Positions 1 to 9,934 of a stretch of 64,000 nt of DNA are shown in pieces. The position numbers were made by a program, and so were the translations under genes. Origin of the DNA: a bacterium. Lineage in GTDB: Bacteria > Zhuqueibacterota > Zhuqueibacteria > Residuimicrobiales > Krinioviventaceae. The number at the start of each line of letters is the position of its first letter. Positions within the stretch are counted from its first letter, which is position 1. The DNA lies in the NCBI GenBank assembly GCA_963675755.2, contig CAXXMD010000002.1:992001-1056000 (forward strand), read 5' to 3'. The notes under the pieces are model-generated. The model saw nothing but the letters and a program-made list of their open reading frames with translations, ran no database searches and was not told the DNA's origin.

Positions 1-348
1 AAAACATTTACCGCTAATCCTGATAAAGCCTATAAAATCAAATTGAATGATTGGCAGGGAACTGTAGTTGAGATCAAAGTAAATGACAATCATGCTGGTA
101 TAATTGGTTGGGAACCTTGCGATCTGGAAATTACTCAGTATATTAAACCAGGAGAAAATAAAATCTCGGTTATTGTATATGGCTCATTAAAAAACACACT
201 TGGACCACATCACAATTATAAACGTAACGGCATCGTATCACCCGGTAATTTTAAATCATCACCAGATGAGCAGCCATCCGGAACCGAATATGATCTGTTA
301 GATTATGGTTTATTAGAAGATTATGAAATTCTTTCCGCAAATAAATAA
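1..348 (+). CDS. C-terminal fragment of a carbohydrate-active enzyme (glycoside hydrolase-type beta-sandwich domain), 5' truncated
   Basis: Frame is open from base 1 (KTFTANPDKAYKIKLNDW...). 'WEPCDLEITQYIKPGENKISVIV' resembles GH C-terminal sugar-binding domains. Convergent with a sugar porter. Confidence 0.5.
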   Translation, partial: KTFTANPDKAYKIKLNDWQGTVVEIKVNDNHAGIIGWEPCDLEITQYIKPGENKISVIVYGSLKNTLGPHHNYKRNGIVSPGNFKSSPDEQPSGTEYDLLDYGLLEDYEILSANK

Positions 349-349
349 C

Positions 350-382
350 AAAAAAAGGCTGATTAAAATCAGCCTTTTTTTT
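350..382. terminator. Bidirectional intrinsic terminator
   Basis: AAAAAAAGGCTGATT-AA-AATCAGCCTTTTTTTT inverted repeat with A/T tracts between convergent genes. Confidence 0.9.
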
Positions 383-399
383 ATCTATAAAACTACAAA

Positions 400-1788
400 T
401 TAATGTATTAATGTTTTTTCAATTTCTTCCAATGATTTACCACGTGTTTCAGGGAGTTGTTTGTAAATAAAGAAAAATCCTATCACACAAATAACCGCAT
501 AAATCCAAAAAGTAAATGATGCACCCAGATTCTTATTTAAAATAGGAAACGTATAGGTAAGTACAAAACAAGCAGACCATAAGGCAAAAACAGCAACAGA
601 CATGGCAGTACCCCTGATCCTGTTTGGAAAAATCTCGGAGATAATAACCCAGGTAACTGGCGCAAGTGACATGGCATAGCAGGCAATAGCAAGTACAACC
701 AGAACCAGCATATGTACTCCCTGGCTGCCAATAAAGTAACCGCTGCCTAACAATAAATAAACTCCGGCTAATCCCGCTGAACCGGTAAGCATCAACGCAC
801 GTCTCCCCCATCTATCAACTGTATAAATTGCGACAAAGGTAAACAAAACATTCACCGTACCGGTAATAACAATATTTAGCAATATATCACTTACACCATA
901 TCCGGCTTGTGAAAATATCTCTTCAGCATAATTAAAGATAACATTTATACCACACCATTGTTGAAAAACCGCAAGAAAAACACCAATACCCACAATTTTT
1001 AGCACACTCGGTTCTAACAAATCCTTAAACCTTACGGTTTTAATCTCATCTTTTAAAGATACCTGAATATCTTGTAATGAAGAATCGGCATACTCTTTAC
1101 CACCAATTTTACTTAAAATAGCAAGCGCTCGTGATTTATTTGCATTTTTCACCAACCATCGGGGACTCTCTGGTATAAGAAACATGAACAGAAAAAACAA
1201 AATTGCTGGAACGGTTTCCGCTCCAAACATCCAGCGCCACCCTGTTTGTCCGTTCCATGAATTCATGATATATTCAGCAGATGCATCTTGAGGTACAGGT
1301 TGGGCGATTAACCAATTGACAATTTGAGCACCCAATATACCAAGCACAATGGTTAACTGATTTATAGAAACAAACCGTCCCCGCATTGAGGCAGGTGATA
1401 TTTCCGCAATATACATGGGAGAAAGATTAGATGCCAAACCAATTCCAACCCCACCAATCAATCGAAAAATTATAAACTGATTAAAGGATTGACAAAGCGC
1501 TGTGCCTATTGCAGAAAGAGTGAATAAAAAGGCAGCGATTAGTAAAAGAGGTTTGCGGCCGTATTTATCACTCAAACTTCCGGAAATCAAAGATCCTGCC
1601 AGACAGCCGGCGAGCGCACTGCTCATTGCCCAGCCAACCTGAAATGAAGTTGTTAAATTGAAAAATTTTTCATAGAAAGGTTTTGCCCCGCCAATAACCA
1701 CCCAGTCGTACCCAAACAGTAATCCACCCATTGCAGCAGTCAAAGAAATCAGCCAGACATAGTGCAGGTTTATTGATTTTTCGTTCAT
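400..1788 (-). CDS. MFS sugar porter (XylE/GalP-like sugar:H+ symporter)
   Basis: GGLLFGYD, DKYGRK, PESPRWL, QQWCGIN, DRWGRR and PETRGKSLEEIE motifs; about 12 TM segments. Confidence 0.93.
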   Translation of the reverse strand: MNEKSINLHYVWLISLTAAMGGLLFGYDWVVIGGAKPFYEKFFNLTTSFQVGWAMSSALAGCLAGSLISGSLSDKYGRKPLLLIAAFLFTLSAIGTALCQSFNQFIIFRLIGGVGIGLASNLSPMYIAEISPASMRGRFVSINQLTIVLGILGAQIVNWLIAQPVPQDASAEYIMNSWNGQTGWRWMFGAETVPAILFFLFMFLIPESPRWLVKNANKSRALAILSKIGGKEYADSSLQDIQVSLKDEIKTVRFKDLLEPSVLKIVGIGVFLAVFQQWCGINVIFNYAEEIFSQAGYGVSDILLNIVITGTVNVLFTFVAIYTVDRWGRRALMLTGSAGLAGVYLLLGSGYFIGSQGVHMLVLVVLAIACYAMSLAPVTWVIISEIFPNRIRGTAMSVAVFALWSACFVLTYTFPILNKNLGASFTFWIYAVICVIGFFFIYKQLPETRGKSLEEIEKTLIH

Positions 1789-1854
1789 AAATGCATCCGT
1801 AATTTTGAGTTATAGGGAGAATATGATGGATACATTAAACAAAAAAAATCAAAT

Positions 1855-1885
1855 AAAAAAGGGCAAAATGAAATCATTTTGCCCT
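1855..1885 (-). terminator. Intrinsic terminator after the M16 protease
   Basis: AGGGCAAAATGA-x2-TCATTTTGCCCT stem followed by a T-run on the minus strand, just past the stop at 1892. Confidence 0.8.
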
Positions 1886-1891
1886 ACTATC

Positions 1892-4705
1892 CTATTCCTT
1901 TTCAGGAAATAGCGTTACTTTAATATAATGATCTTTGTGTAAATATTGTTGTGCAGCTTTTTGAATATTCTCAGCTTTTAACGCTTTTATTCTATCTTCT
2001 TGCTTTAGCATATCGGTAAGCGGTAATTGATCTAAATGATAACTGAACATATTGCTTAACCAGTAACCATTTTCTTTTAAATTGACTTCAAGATCTCTCA
2101 AATCCGTTTCTCTGATCTTAACCAGATATTTTTCATCAGGGCCAAAGGATTTAACGCTGTCAAGTTGGGTGAATATTGCCTGGGTTAATTCATCAACACG
2201 TTCAGGATCACATCCCAAACTGATGGTAAATTGGTACCGCTCTTTGGGTATACGAGCAGTACTTGCAGATACACGCACACCATAAGTACCGCCCTTGTCT
2301 TCGCGAATGACCTCACGGAGTTTGATTCTCAGCATATCAGCAAGCGCACCAATTTCAAATTGATTTTGTTTAGACCAGTCAATATCACCTGTAAAGACAA
2401 TGGCTACACGACTCTTGGGTTCCAGTCCTTTATACACCTCTTTTTCTACAACTCCCTCGGGAGCAGTAACGCCTTTATCTTCCCAAGTTTCAGTACCGGG
2501 TTTTGCGGGTAGATTTGCCAAATAAGTTGCAGATAATTCCTTTAAATGATCAAGATCTATATTCCCTACAAAAAAGAACACAAAATCATCTGTATCTGCA
2601 AAGCGTTCTTTATAAAATTCCATAGACTTGTCAAGGTCCATTTCGTTCATCAAATCGAGTGTCCAGGGACGCGCACGATAATGATGGTTAGCCAAAGTTA
2701 CTTGCAATGTATCCTGATAGGCTGCTTCCGGCTGTGCACTTCGGTTTTCAAGATAACCCTCCATTTTGGTTTGATACGCCTGAAATGCGGTTGTGTCTTT
2801 GCGGGGCGCCGTTATATGTAAATAAATCAACTGGAACATGGTTTCAAGATCTTCAGGAGAAGCGCTACCCGCAATACCTTCAGCATTGGTACCTATCCAC
2901 GGTCCCACACTTACCACTTTACCGGCAAGCATTTTTTGTAATGTAATCTTGTCAAATTTACCGGCTCCTCCCTCTGTCACAACGGTTGTAGCAGTAGACG
3001 CAGATACAAAATTATCTTTATCCGAATGAGAATCACCGCCATAACTATACGCGTTAAACTGAACTTCATCATTTTTAAAATCTGTTTTCTTGGCATAAAC
3101 CGTAATACCATTAGAAAGCTTGAAAACATCTATTCCCAGTTCATCTATTCTACTTTCTTCAACAATTTTTCCTGGTTCAGGAAGATCAGAAACCAATGGC
3201 TCATCAGTAACATTGTCTACATATGCTTCTAGCTTTTGAGAATCTGTTTTCTCAAAAATTGTGGACAATTGTTCTTCAGAAGGTATGCTTAACTCAGATT
3301 TTTCAGGTGCGTCTACAAGAACTACACGGTTATTGTTAGTCAACCATTTCTCAGCAATAGCATTTACCTCTTCAAGTGTTACATCATCAATATACTTTTG
3401 AGCAAGAGCATATTCATACTCTATACCGGGGATGGGTTCTCCCTGCAAAAAATTGCGTGTATATTCCTGTGCGTAACGGGATGATTCAGTTTTGTCTCTT
3501 TCGAGATATGTTTTTTCAAGATAACGTAAAATATCTTTTTTTGAACGTGCAAGTTCAGTGTCAGTAAAACCAAACTGTCTTACACGATTCGCTTCAGTGA
3601 GCAAGGCTTCCATACCCTTTTCAATACCATCTTCTGAAACAAGGGCGCCTAAAAAGTAAACACCTTTGGTACGAACCATTTTCCCCTCGGATGAAAATCC
3701 ATATAAAAAGGGTGGTTCAGCCTGTTGTGTTAGTTCTTCAAGGCGAGTATTTAACATATTGTTATATAAAGATTCAACCAATCCCTGGCGATAATCCTTA
3801 ACAGTGTTTTCTGTTTCCAAATCATGCTTGTAATACAACCTTACAATTGTGCGTGTAGCTTCAGGATCAGTTGCAATGGAAAACAAGGTTTCCGAATGAT
3901 CAGGAATTTGGGACAATTCTCTCTTTTTCTCATCCCTTAATGGAGGTATATTGGAAAAATGTTTTTCAATTAATTCTTTAATCCAGGTTTCATCAAAATC
4001 ACCAACAGCTATAACCGCCATTAAATCAGGTCTGTACCAATCTTTGTAAAAGGAAACAAGTTTTTCATGTTCAAAATTTTCAAGAATATCCAACTTGCCT
4101 ATGGGTAAACGGCTGGCGTACTTGGAGCCTTTATAAAGAATGGGTTGGTGTTTATCAAACATTCTCGCATTTGCACCTCTACCCAGGCGCCATTCTTCAA
4201 TTATAACCCCTCTTTCCTTGTCAATTTCTTCCGGTTCAAAACTAATTTTTTGTGACCAATCATGTAAAATTTGAAAAGCGGTTTCCACAATTTCTACACT
4301 ATCAGTTGGGATATTGAGCATGTATACGGTTTCATCAAAACTCGTATAGGCATTTATTTCAGGCCCAAACTGCATTCCAATGGATTCAAGGTAATCTATT
4401 AATTCGTGCTTTTTAAAATTTTCAGTTCCGTTGAATGCCATGTGCTCACAGAAATGAGCGAGTCCCTGCTGATCATCAGTCTCAAGAATAGAGCCTGCAT
4501 TTACTACCAGGAACAATTGTGCTCTGTTCTCGGGTTTTTTATTATTACGAATGTAATAGGTTAAACCATTATCAAATTTACCTTTTGTTATAGATGGTTG
4601 AACAGGAATTTCATCATCCAGATTAAATGTGTAGGTATCTAAAGATTGAGAAAACACAATCCCATACATAAACAATAAAACAAACAATAGTACAAACTTT
4701 TTCAT
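1892..4705 (-). CDS. Secreted M16B zinc protease (PqqL-like insulinase)
   Basis: Signal peptide, inverted zinc motif HFCEH, NAYTSFDETVY, REDKGGTY; 937 aa. Confidence 0.92.
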   Translation of the reverse strand: MKKFVLLFVLLFMYGIVFSQSLDTYTFNLDDEIPVQPSITKGKFDNGLTYYIRNNKKPENRAQLFLVVNAGSILETDDQQGLAHFCEHMAFNGTENFKKHELIDYLESIGMQFGPEINAYTSFDETVYMLNIPTDSVEIVETAFQILHDWSQKISFEPEEIDKERGVIIEEWRLGRGANARMFDKHQPILYKGSKYASRLPIGKLDILENFEHEKLVSFYKDWYRPDLMAVIAVGDFDETWIKELIEKHFSNIPPLRDEKKRELSQIPDHSETLFSIATDPEATRTIVRLYYKHDLETENTVKDYRQGLVESLYNNMLNTRLEELTQQAEPPFLYGFSSEGKMVRTKGVYFLGALVSEDGIEKGMEALLTEANRVRQFGFTDTELARSKKDILRYLEKTYLERDKTESSRYAQEYTRNFLQGEPIPGIEYEYALAQKYIDDVTLEEVNAIAEKWLTNNNRVVLVDAPEKSELSIPSEEQLSTIFEKTDSQKLEAYVDNVTDEPLVSDLPEPGKIVEESRIDELGIDVFKLSNGITVYAKKTDFKNDEVQFNAYSYGGDSHSDKDNFVSASTATTVVTEGGAGKFDKITLQKMLAGKVVSVGPWIGTNAEGIAGSASPEDLETMFQLIYLHITAPRKDTTAFQAYQTKMEGYLENRSAQPEAAYQDTLQVTLANHHYRARPWTLDLMNEMDLDKSMEFYKERFADTDDFVFFFVGNIDLDHLKELSATYLANLPAKPGTETWEDKGVTAPEGVVEKEVYKGLEPKSRVAIVFTGDIDWSKQNQFEIGALADMLRIKLREVIREDKGGTYGVRVSASTARIPKERYQFTISLGCDPERVDELTQAIFTQLDSVKSFGPDEKYLVKIRETDLRDLEVNLKENGYWLSNMFSYHLDQLPLTDMLKQEDRIKALKAENIQKAAQQYLHKDHYIKVTLFPEKE

Positions 4706-4824
4706 AATCTGTCCTTATCTTTATTATTCTATAGAACAAAGGTGTTAACAAAATAATTTAGAAAAATATTTATTAATTAAATGGCAGAAACAGTAAATTG
4801 TTTCATCCCCGGATCAATTAATTA

Positions 4825-5001
4825 TCAACTTTTTTTCTTGGGCGAATGCAATACACACGGATTGCCGGAAGATTGCAAGACTTCCATTGATGGAATCTTT
4901 TTTGATTTTATTTTAAATGCTTTACAGCCATAAGGGAACTGTTTGTCCCAGGTAATATAGAAATGAATACATTGGTAGCAGTTGGGAGATTTTTGATTCA
5001 T
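4825..5001 (-). CDS. Small Cys-rich protein (58 aa), probable metal-binding; absent from the ORF track
   Basis: Manual translation: MNQKSPNCYQCIHFYITWDKQFPYGCKAFKIKSKKIPSMEVLQSSGNPCVLHSPKKKS*. CxxCxH...C...C pattern. RBS is weak. Confidence 0.75.
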   Translation of the reverse strand: MNQKSPNCYQCIHFYITWDKQFPYGCKAFKIKSKKIPSMEVLQSSGNPCVLHSPKKKS

Positions 5002-5015
5002 AGCTTTATTTAAAC

Positions 5016-5051
5016 AAAAAAACGCCCAGTCAATTAAATTGAGGGCGTTTT
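5016..5051 (-). terminator. Intrinsic terminator closing the flagellar cluster (after flgM)
   Basis: Minus strand AAAACGCCCTCAATTTAATTGACTGGGCGTTTTTTT: hairpin plus U-tract. Confidence 0.8.
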
Positions 5052-5077
5052 AAAAATTTAATTTATGTAAACAACCA

Positions 5078-5470
5078 TTAGATATTATGGTCAATTTTCT
5101 TTACATCGTTAACCATCATTTTTGATACAGAATTTAATACATCATCCGTATCATAAAATCCCTGGCTCACTTTTTCTTTAATCTCTTCAATACGTTCAGC
5201 AGAGACAGAAGCCTCTTGTGAAACATTTGTTAAAACGGGTGCTGAGGTATCTTCACTTGTGTTAATATGAAGACTATAGGCAGACGTTACTCTATTGGTA
5301 TTAGCCTGTCTACTGGAAGTATTACCGCTAATCTCAACACGATCTTGTAATGAAGACGATTTGGGAGCATCTTCACTATTGCTGGTTTTCTTATCCTTGA
5401 TATCATTATTATTCGTGTTATCAGGATTAAAAATGCGAGTGTTATTGGAATTAATTTTCATAATATACAA
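5078..5470 (-). CDS. flgM: Anti-sigma28 factor FlgM
   Basis: DRVEIS and ERIEEIKEKVSQGFY motifs. True start may be the MKIN Met. Confidence 0.85.
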   Translation of the reverse strand: MYIMKINSNNTRIFNPDNTNNNDIKDKKTSNSEDAPKSSSLQDRVEISGNTSSRQANTNRVTSAYSLHINTSEDTSAPVLTNVSQEASVSAERIEEIKEKVSQGFYDTDDVLNSVSKMMVNDVKKIDHNI

Positions 5471-5479
5471 CCCAAATGA

Positions 5480-5914
5480 TTAAACATTAAACTCTATAGA
5501 TGGTTGCTCACCATTTAAAGCTTTAAAGGTCTGCATCATTTTGGTACCGGTCCGTGCCTGTTTCAATGAATGAGCATTTTGTTGTAACAATTGTTTCGAT
5601 GAGACAAAAAGTTTATCTAATTTCATTTTATTCTTATTTGTCTGATCTTTTATATCTTTGAATAAAGATAATATATATGAATTAAAAATACCAGTATTAT
5701 TTTCATAATTTAATTCAATAAATCTTTTAATATCAGTATCGGCACGAACAACCATAACTTGAGTTTTTTTTATTGAATTAAACAATGAATTTAATTTTTT
5801 TAAATTCTCAGTACCCAAACAAACCATCAACTGATCATTTAAATCCAAGAGTTGTTTAATATTTCTCAATTGTCCTTCAAGCAATAAGGACAACTGCTGA
5901 TCATGTACAGACAT
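5480..5914 (-). CDS. Helical flagellar export chaperone-like protein (FlgN/FliT-like)
   Basis: All-helical 144 aa with an FlgN-like pattern; lies between flaG and flgM. Confidence 0.45.
   Translation of the reverse strand: MSVHDQQLSLLLEGQLRNIKQLLDLNDQLMVCLGTENLKKLNSLFNSIKKTQVMVVRADTDIKRFIELNYENNTGIFNSYILSLFKDIKDQTNKNKMKLDKLFVSSKQLLQQNAHSLKQARTGTKMMQTFKALNGEQPSIEFNV
5736..5762 (-). promoter_or_regulatory. Putative sigma28 promoter for flgM, inside the upstream CDS
   Basis: TCAAGTTA-N11-GCCGATAC versus consensus TAAAGTTT-N11-GCCGATAA. Confidence 0.6.
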
Positions 5915-5939
5915 ATCGAGTCCGCTTTAAAATTATTAC

Positions 5940-6344
5940 CTAGTATTCCTTGTCAAACAAGACACCAATAACATCCTGCATTTTTGAAGCAATTCTCAAA
6001 ATCTCTTCACTTGGAATCTGTCTTACAACTTCATCCGTTTCTGAATTGATGATTTTGACAACTGTATCACCCGTTGATTCATCTTTCGAGAAATTCAAAT
6101 GGGTTTCAAAATGCCGATTCAAATCTTCCAGTGCAACAATAGCTGCATCGATCTCATTTTGAGATACTGCAGAATCTGTTTCTTCTTCCGGTGGAGATTG
6201 AAGCTTTTGTTCTTCTTTTTTGGTACTTTTGGTCAAATCCTTTGTTTCTTTAACCGTCGGTACCGGGTTTTTCTCCACGGATGGCACAGAGATTTGACTA
6301 TAGGTGCTGAAATAACTGGCATTGTCAATACTTTCTACCATCAT
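5940..6344 (-). CDS. flaG: Flagellar protein FlaG
   Basis: LNFSKDESTGDTVVKIINSETDEVVRQIPSEEIL...GVLFDKEY signature. Confidence 0.92.
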   Translation of the reverse strand: MMVESIDNASYFSTYSQISVPSVEKNPVPTVKETKDLTKSTKKEEQKLQSPPEEETDSAVSQNEIDAAIVALEDLNRHFETHLNFSKDESTGDTVVKIINSETDEVVRQIPSEEILRIASKMQDVIGVLFDKEY

Positions 6345-6375
6345 TGCTTACTCCTGTCAATTAGACAGTCTTTCT

Positions 6376-8172
6376 TTAACTTGTATAGGAAGCAACTGAG
6401 GAAAGGATACTATCCATAAGAGATTGCTGCTGAATAACTGCATTATATGTATTTTGTAAAGCAGCGTATTTTTCGATATAGTATTCTTCCAACCTATCTA
6501 AACGTTCTTCCTGTCGTTCAATGTTATTATCAATTGATTCAATTTGACTTTCAATACCCTCTTTACTGACATCAATAATACCATCAGTTTCAAGATACGG
6601 TTCTATCAACTCTGCAACTCTTGTTGCAATACCGTCTGTTGAATTAAATAGATTTTGAACAGCCTGGCTATCATTTTCCAAATACTCTTCAAGCAGATCA
6701 GAATCTTCAATAGACAGATTCATGTCTTCGTCAAATTCAATACCAATTGCAACTAATGTTGATGGATCGCCCTCGGTTATATTAGTTAATGTACTTGTAG
6801 CAATATTAATCAGTGAGAAACGAACATCACGAAAAACAGTTTCTCCGGTTAATGCACCTCGGGTATAAGTATCCATATCAATTTCAGAATTTGTTTTAAC
6901 AAATTCAAGGATATTATTAAACTTTGAAATAAAATTTTCAATATTCTTTTTAACCTGGGACGTATTCTTTGTTGATGAAATCTGTACTGACGTTGTATCT
7001 GAATCTGTATAATCATTATTTGCAACGGTAACATCATTCAAGGTAATTTCCAATCCATTCAACTCGAATGTATTGCTGGATTTTGTTATCTCGTTTGAAG
7101 AATCAGTACTATTGATTGTAAAGATTGCATCTTGTCCCAAATTCTGTACAACACTATCAAATTTTAATGATTCAGACAGAAATGTACCTTCAACATCTTC
7201 GAACTGAATTTCACTACTTCCTTGTGTATTCGAAGTAATCATTACTTTATCCAAAGAATCGTCATAAAAAGCAGTAACACCTGCTTCAGATGAATTGATA
7301 CGGGAAATAATTTCATTCAAAGTATCTTCCCCTGCATTCCACTCAATGGATATTCCATTAATTTTGAAACTGCCTGTATCCGATTCGTCAAGCTCTGTAT
7401 CGAAATTCACTTTATGTAATAATACATCTGACTGTAAACCAGTGGAAACTGGTGAAAGCTGAGATGGCAAATTGCCATATTCACCGGTTTCCATTTTGAT
7501 TGCTGTAAAAAATCCTACACCACTACTCCCTGCTGTTTCGGAAATAGTTAAATCTGATGCAGAAGGGTCATCATTTTCAATAAAAAATTTATCTAGTGTT
7601 TCATTGTAATAAATATTAACATTTGCTGTACTATCATTTCGAATAGCTGTCAACATATCGCTGACAGTTTCATAATCAGCAAGATCAAATTCTTTACCAT
7701 TAATGGTGATGGTTCCTGTGGCTTCTGTTTCAAAACCAGCATCAGCAAAACTCTCATAAATATCCAGTTCATCAGAACCGGCAACAACCTGATATGCACT
7801 TTTAGTTGCAATAGATGAATTCAATTGCGATGTACTTATCATTGAAGTAGAAGTTGCCAGTTGCTTGACACGAATATTAAAAGTTCCGACAGCAGCATCA
7901 TCATTAGCTTTAACAGAAACAGTATCACTGTCACTGGAAGATACAGAAACAGCATTAAAGATAGTATTATCTTCTGTGTCTGTAAAATCTTCAGCCAATT
8001 CCTGCAAGTCTTCCAAGTATGTTGCCAGCTTGTCGTAATACCCAGATTTGGCACTAACTCTGTCTTTACGGTCTTCCAACTCGTAAATAGGTTCGCGTTC
8101 AAGAGACATTAGCTGACTAACATAACTTGTCAAACTACTGCTGGAATAAGATGATGTACTAATGGTGGCCAT
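6376..8172 (-). CDS. fliD: Filament cap protein FliD
   Basis: LMSLEREP, VKQLAT, GQDAIF...SSNTF, coiled-coil C-terminus. Confidence 0.92.
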   Translation of the reverse strand: MATISTSSYSSSSLTSYVSQLMSLEREPIYELEDRKDRVSAKSGYYDKLATYLEDLQELAEDFTDTEDNTIFNAVSVSSSDSDTVSVKANDDAAVGTFNIRVKQLATSTSMISTSQLNSSIATKSAYQVVAGSDELDIYESFADAGFETEATGTITINGKEFDLADYETVSDMLTAIRNDSTANVNIYYNETLDKFFIENDDPSASDLTISETAGSSGVGFFTAIKMETGEYGNLPSQLSPVSTGLQSDVLLHKVNFDTELDESDTGSFKINGISIEWNAGEDTLNEIISRINSSEAGVTAFYDDSLDKVMITSNTQGSSEIQFEDVEGTFLSESLKFDSVVQNLGQDAIFTINSTDSSNEITKSSNTFELNGLEITLNDVTVANNDYTDSDTTSVQISSTKNTSQVKKNIENFISKFNNILEFVKTNSEIDMDTYTRGALTGETVFRDVRFSLINIATSTLTNITEGDPSTLVAIGIEFDEDMNLSIEDSDLLEEYLENDSQAVQNLFNSTDGIATRVAELIEPYLETDGIIDVSKEGIESQIESIDNNIERQEERLDRLEEYYIEKYAALQNTYNAVIQQQSLMDSILSSVASYTS

Positions 8173-8188
8173 GGTTCATCTCCAAAAC

Positions 8189-8530
8189 TCAGGCAGCTTT
8201 TTGCTGCCGTAAAGCCTCAATCCAGGTATTTCGCAAGTCCGATAAAATTACTTGGGCTTTGCTGTATTCCTGTTTTTGAATTAATTGCATTGAATATTCA
8301 TATAATCTAAACAGACCAGTAGCGATCTCTTTATATTTAAAATCAAGTGAATCTATTAATTGAGCAACAGCTTTGGATGCTTTACGGTTATCATTCGCTT
8401 TACAGCCTACTATTGCTTGATCATATAAAAACAATACTAATTTCTCAGGTGATGAAGACATTACTTCATTTTCCTGATATGTATTTATTTTCCTCAACGT
8501 GGTACGTTGTGACACGTCTGAATATAGCAT
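8189..8530 (-). CDS. fliS: Flagellin chaperone FliS
   Basis: SPEKLVLFLYDQAI, LIDSLDF, LFRLYEY, LRNTW. Confidence 0.93.
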   Translation of the reverse strand: MLYSDVSQRTTLRKINTYQENEVMSSSPEKLVLFLYDQAIVGCKANDNRKASKAVAQLIDSLDFKYKEIATGLFRLYEYSMQLIQKQEYSKAQVILSDLRNTWIEALRQQKAA

Positions 8531-8563
8531 CTCATAACTCCCATAACGAAAATCATCCCATCA

Positions 8564-8599
8564 TTTTTGGCACGTCCACAATAAAAGACGTGCCAAAAA
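8564..8599 (-). terminator. Stem-loop between fliC and fliS (stabilising or partial termination)
   Basis: 13-bp perfect stem TTTTTGGCACGTC/GACGTGCCAAAAA. No U-tract follows on the coding strand. Confidence 0.6.
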
Positions 8600-8612
8600 T
8601 TATACCAAACTA

Positions 8613-9839
8613 TTAACCAAACAGTGACAATACAGCTTGTGGCTGAGTATTTGCCTGAGCCAACATTGCTGTAGCAGTCTGTTGTAAGATCTGGAACTTT
8701 GTAGCTTCTAACTGCTCTTCTGCCATATCTGCGTCCATAATACGACTGTATGAAGATTGAGTGTTAATTTGAGCTACTGACAATGATTCTTCCTGGAAGC
8801 TGAGTCGGTTGAACTGACCACCAAGATAAGCCAATGCTTCCTGAACACCATCAATTGCAGAGTCTACTTTGGACATAAATGCCTGAGATGACTCTTGATC
8901 AGAAACACTGCTACCACCTTTTGAATAGTCAAAACCGATAGATAAGGATTGTGCTGATGCTGTAGAAATTGCACCCAAGTCAATTGAAATACCTACTCCG
9001 AGATCAATTACTGCAGGATCTCCACCACCAGCAACTGTTGTTGTCAGGGTGTTGCCCACGTAATTTGTAGCACCATCAGTATCAGAATTGATATCCATCA
9101 GATTTCCTTCATCATCACGGATTTCAATACTAATTGTACCATTTGTAGTTACGCTAGCATTCATTGTATAGTGACCAGTTCCCAATTCATCTGTTAAAGT
9201 ATTGAATGTTGAGGAAGCAGCAAGTGATCCACTAATGCCGCCACTGGCACTATTATTTGATTCAGTTACAGAACCGGTAGCTGTTGCAGCTGCAACAACA
9301 TCAAGACCTGAAGAATCCAACCCGGTAACACTAACATTACTCAATACATCCATTACCAGTTCGTCTTTAACAGAATCATTTCCTACACCAATCTGGAAAT
9401 TCATGGTGCCGGTAAGCATATTGGTACCAAACCAGTCAGCTTGTCCTACTTCTGCGTCAATCTGGGAGTTAAATTTTTGCAATTCTTGTAAAATTGCGGT
9501 TCTTTCACTTGTTCCAAGTGTATCGTTTGCAGCCTGAACAGCTTTGGTTTTCATCTGGTTCAAGATTTCCAAAACATTATTCAAGTGACCTTCAGCGGTC
9601 GTCATAACGTTTTTAGCATCACCAATGTTATCAATAGCCTGTCCAAGACCACGGGCCTTTGTATCAAGACCACCTGCGATGGCGAGACCAGCCGCATCAT
9701 CAGCTGCAGAGTTGATGCGTTTACCGGTAGCCAAACGTAACTGATGTGTACCCAGTTTTGAATTGATCGATTTTAACGAATTGAGTGCGCTCATCGCGCC
9801 TATATTCGTGTTAATACGACTAAAATCTGCAGTTGCCAT
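8613..9839 (-). CDS. fliC: Flagellin
   Basis: RINTN, RLATGKRINSAADDAAGLAI, SRIMDADMAEE, MLAQAN...VLSL. Confidence 0.98.
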   Translation of the reverse strand: MATADFSRINTNIGAMSALNSLKSINSKLGTHQLRLATGKRINSAADDAAGLAIAGGLDTKARGLGQAIDNIGDAKNVMTTAEGHLNNVLEILNQMKTKAVQAANDTLGTSERTAILQELQKFNSQIDAEVGQADWFGTNMLTGTMNFQIGVGNDSVKDELVMDVLSNVSVTGLDSSGLDVVAAATATGSVTESNNSASGGISGSLAASSTFNTLTDELGTGHYTMNASVTTNGTISIEIRDDEGNLMDINSDTDGATNYVGNTLTTTVAGGGDPAVIDLGVGISIDLGAISTASAQSLSIGFDYSKGGSSVSDQESSQAFMSKVDSAIDGVQEALAYLGGQFNRLSFQEESLSVAQINTQSSYSRIMDADMAEEQLEATKFQILQQTATAMLAQANTQPQAVLSLFG

Positions 9840-9863
9840 AATATACCTCCTTGTTAATATTAT

Positions 9864-9881
9864 TTAGGCGTCCATGCCTAA
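9864..9881 (-). promoter_or_regulatory. CsrA-binding hairpin in the fliC 5' UTR
   Basis: TTAGGC-ATGGAC-GCCTAA has ANGGA in the loop. A second GGA lies in the SD (ACAAGGAGG). csrA and fliW are in the cluster. Confidence 0.8.
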
Positions 9882-9934
9882 TGGTCTAAATTGTTCACTG
9901 CATCATGAATAATTATTTGTCCTTTCAATAATAT

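Noticed and set aside
6135-6170. FlaG segment VSQNEIDAAI resembles the FliM CheY-binding motif LSQxEIDALL
   Set aside because: It falls in FlaG's normal first helix and is most likely coincidental.
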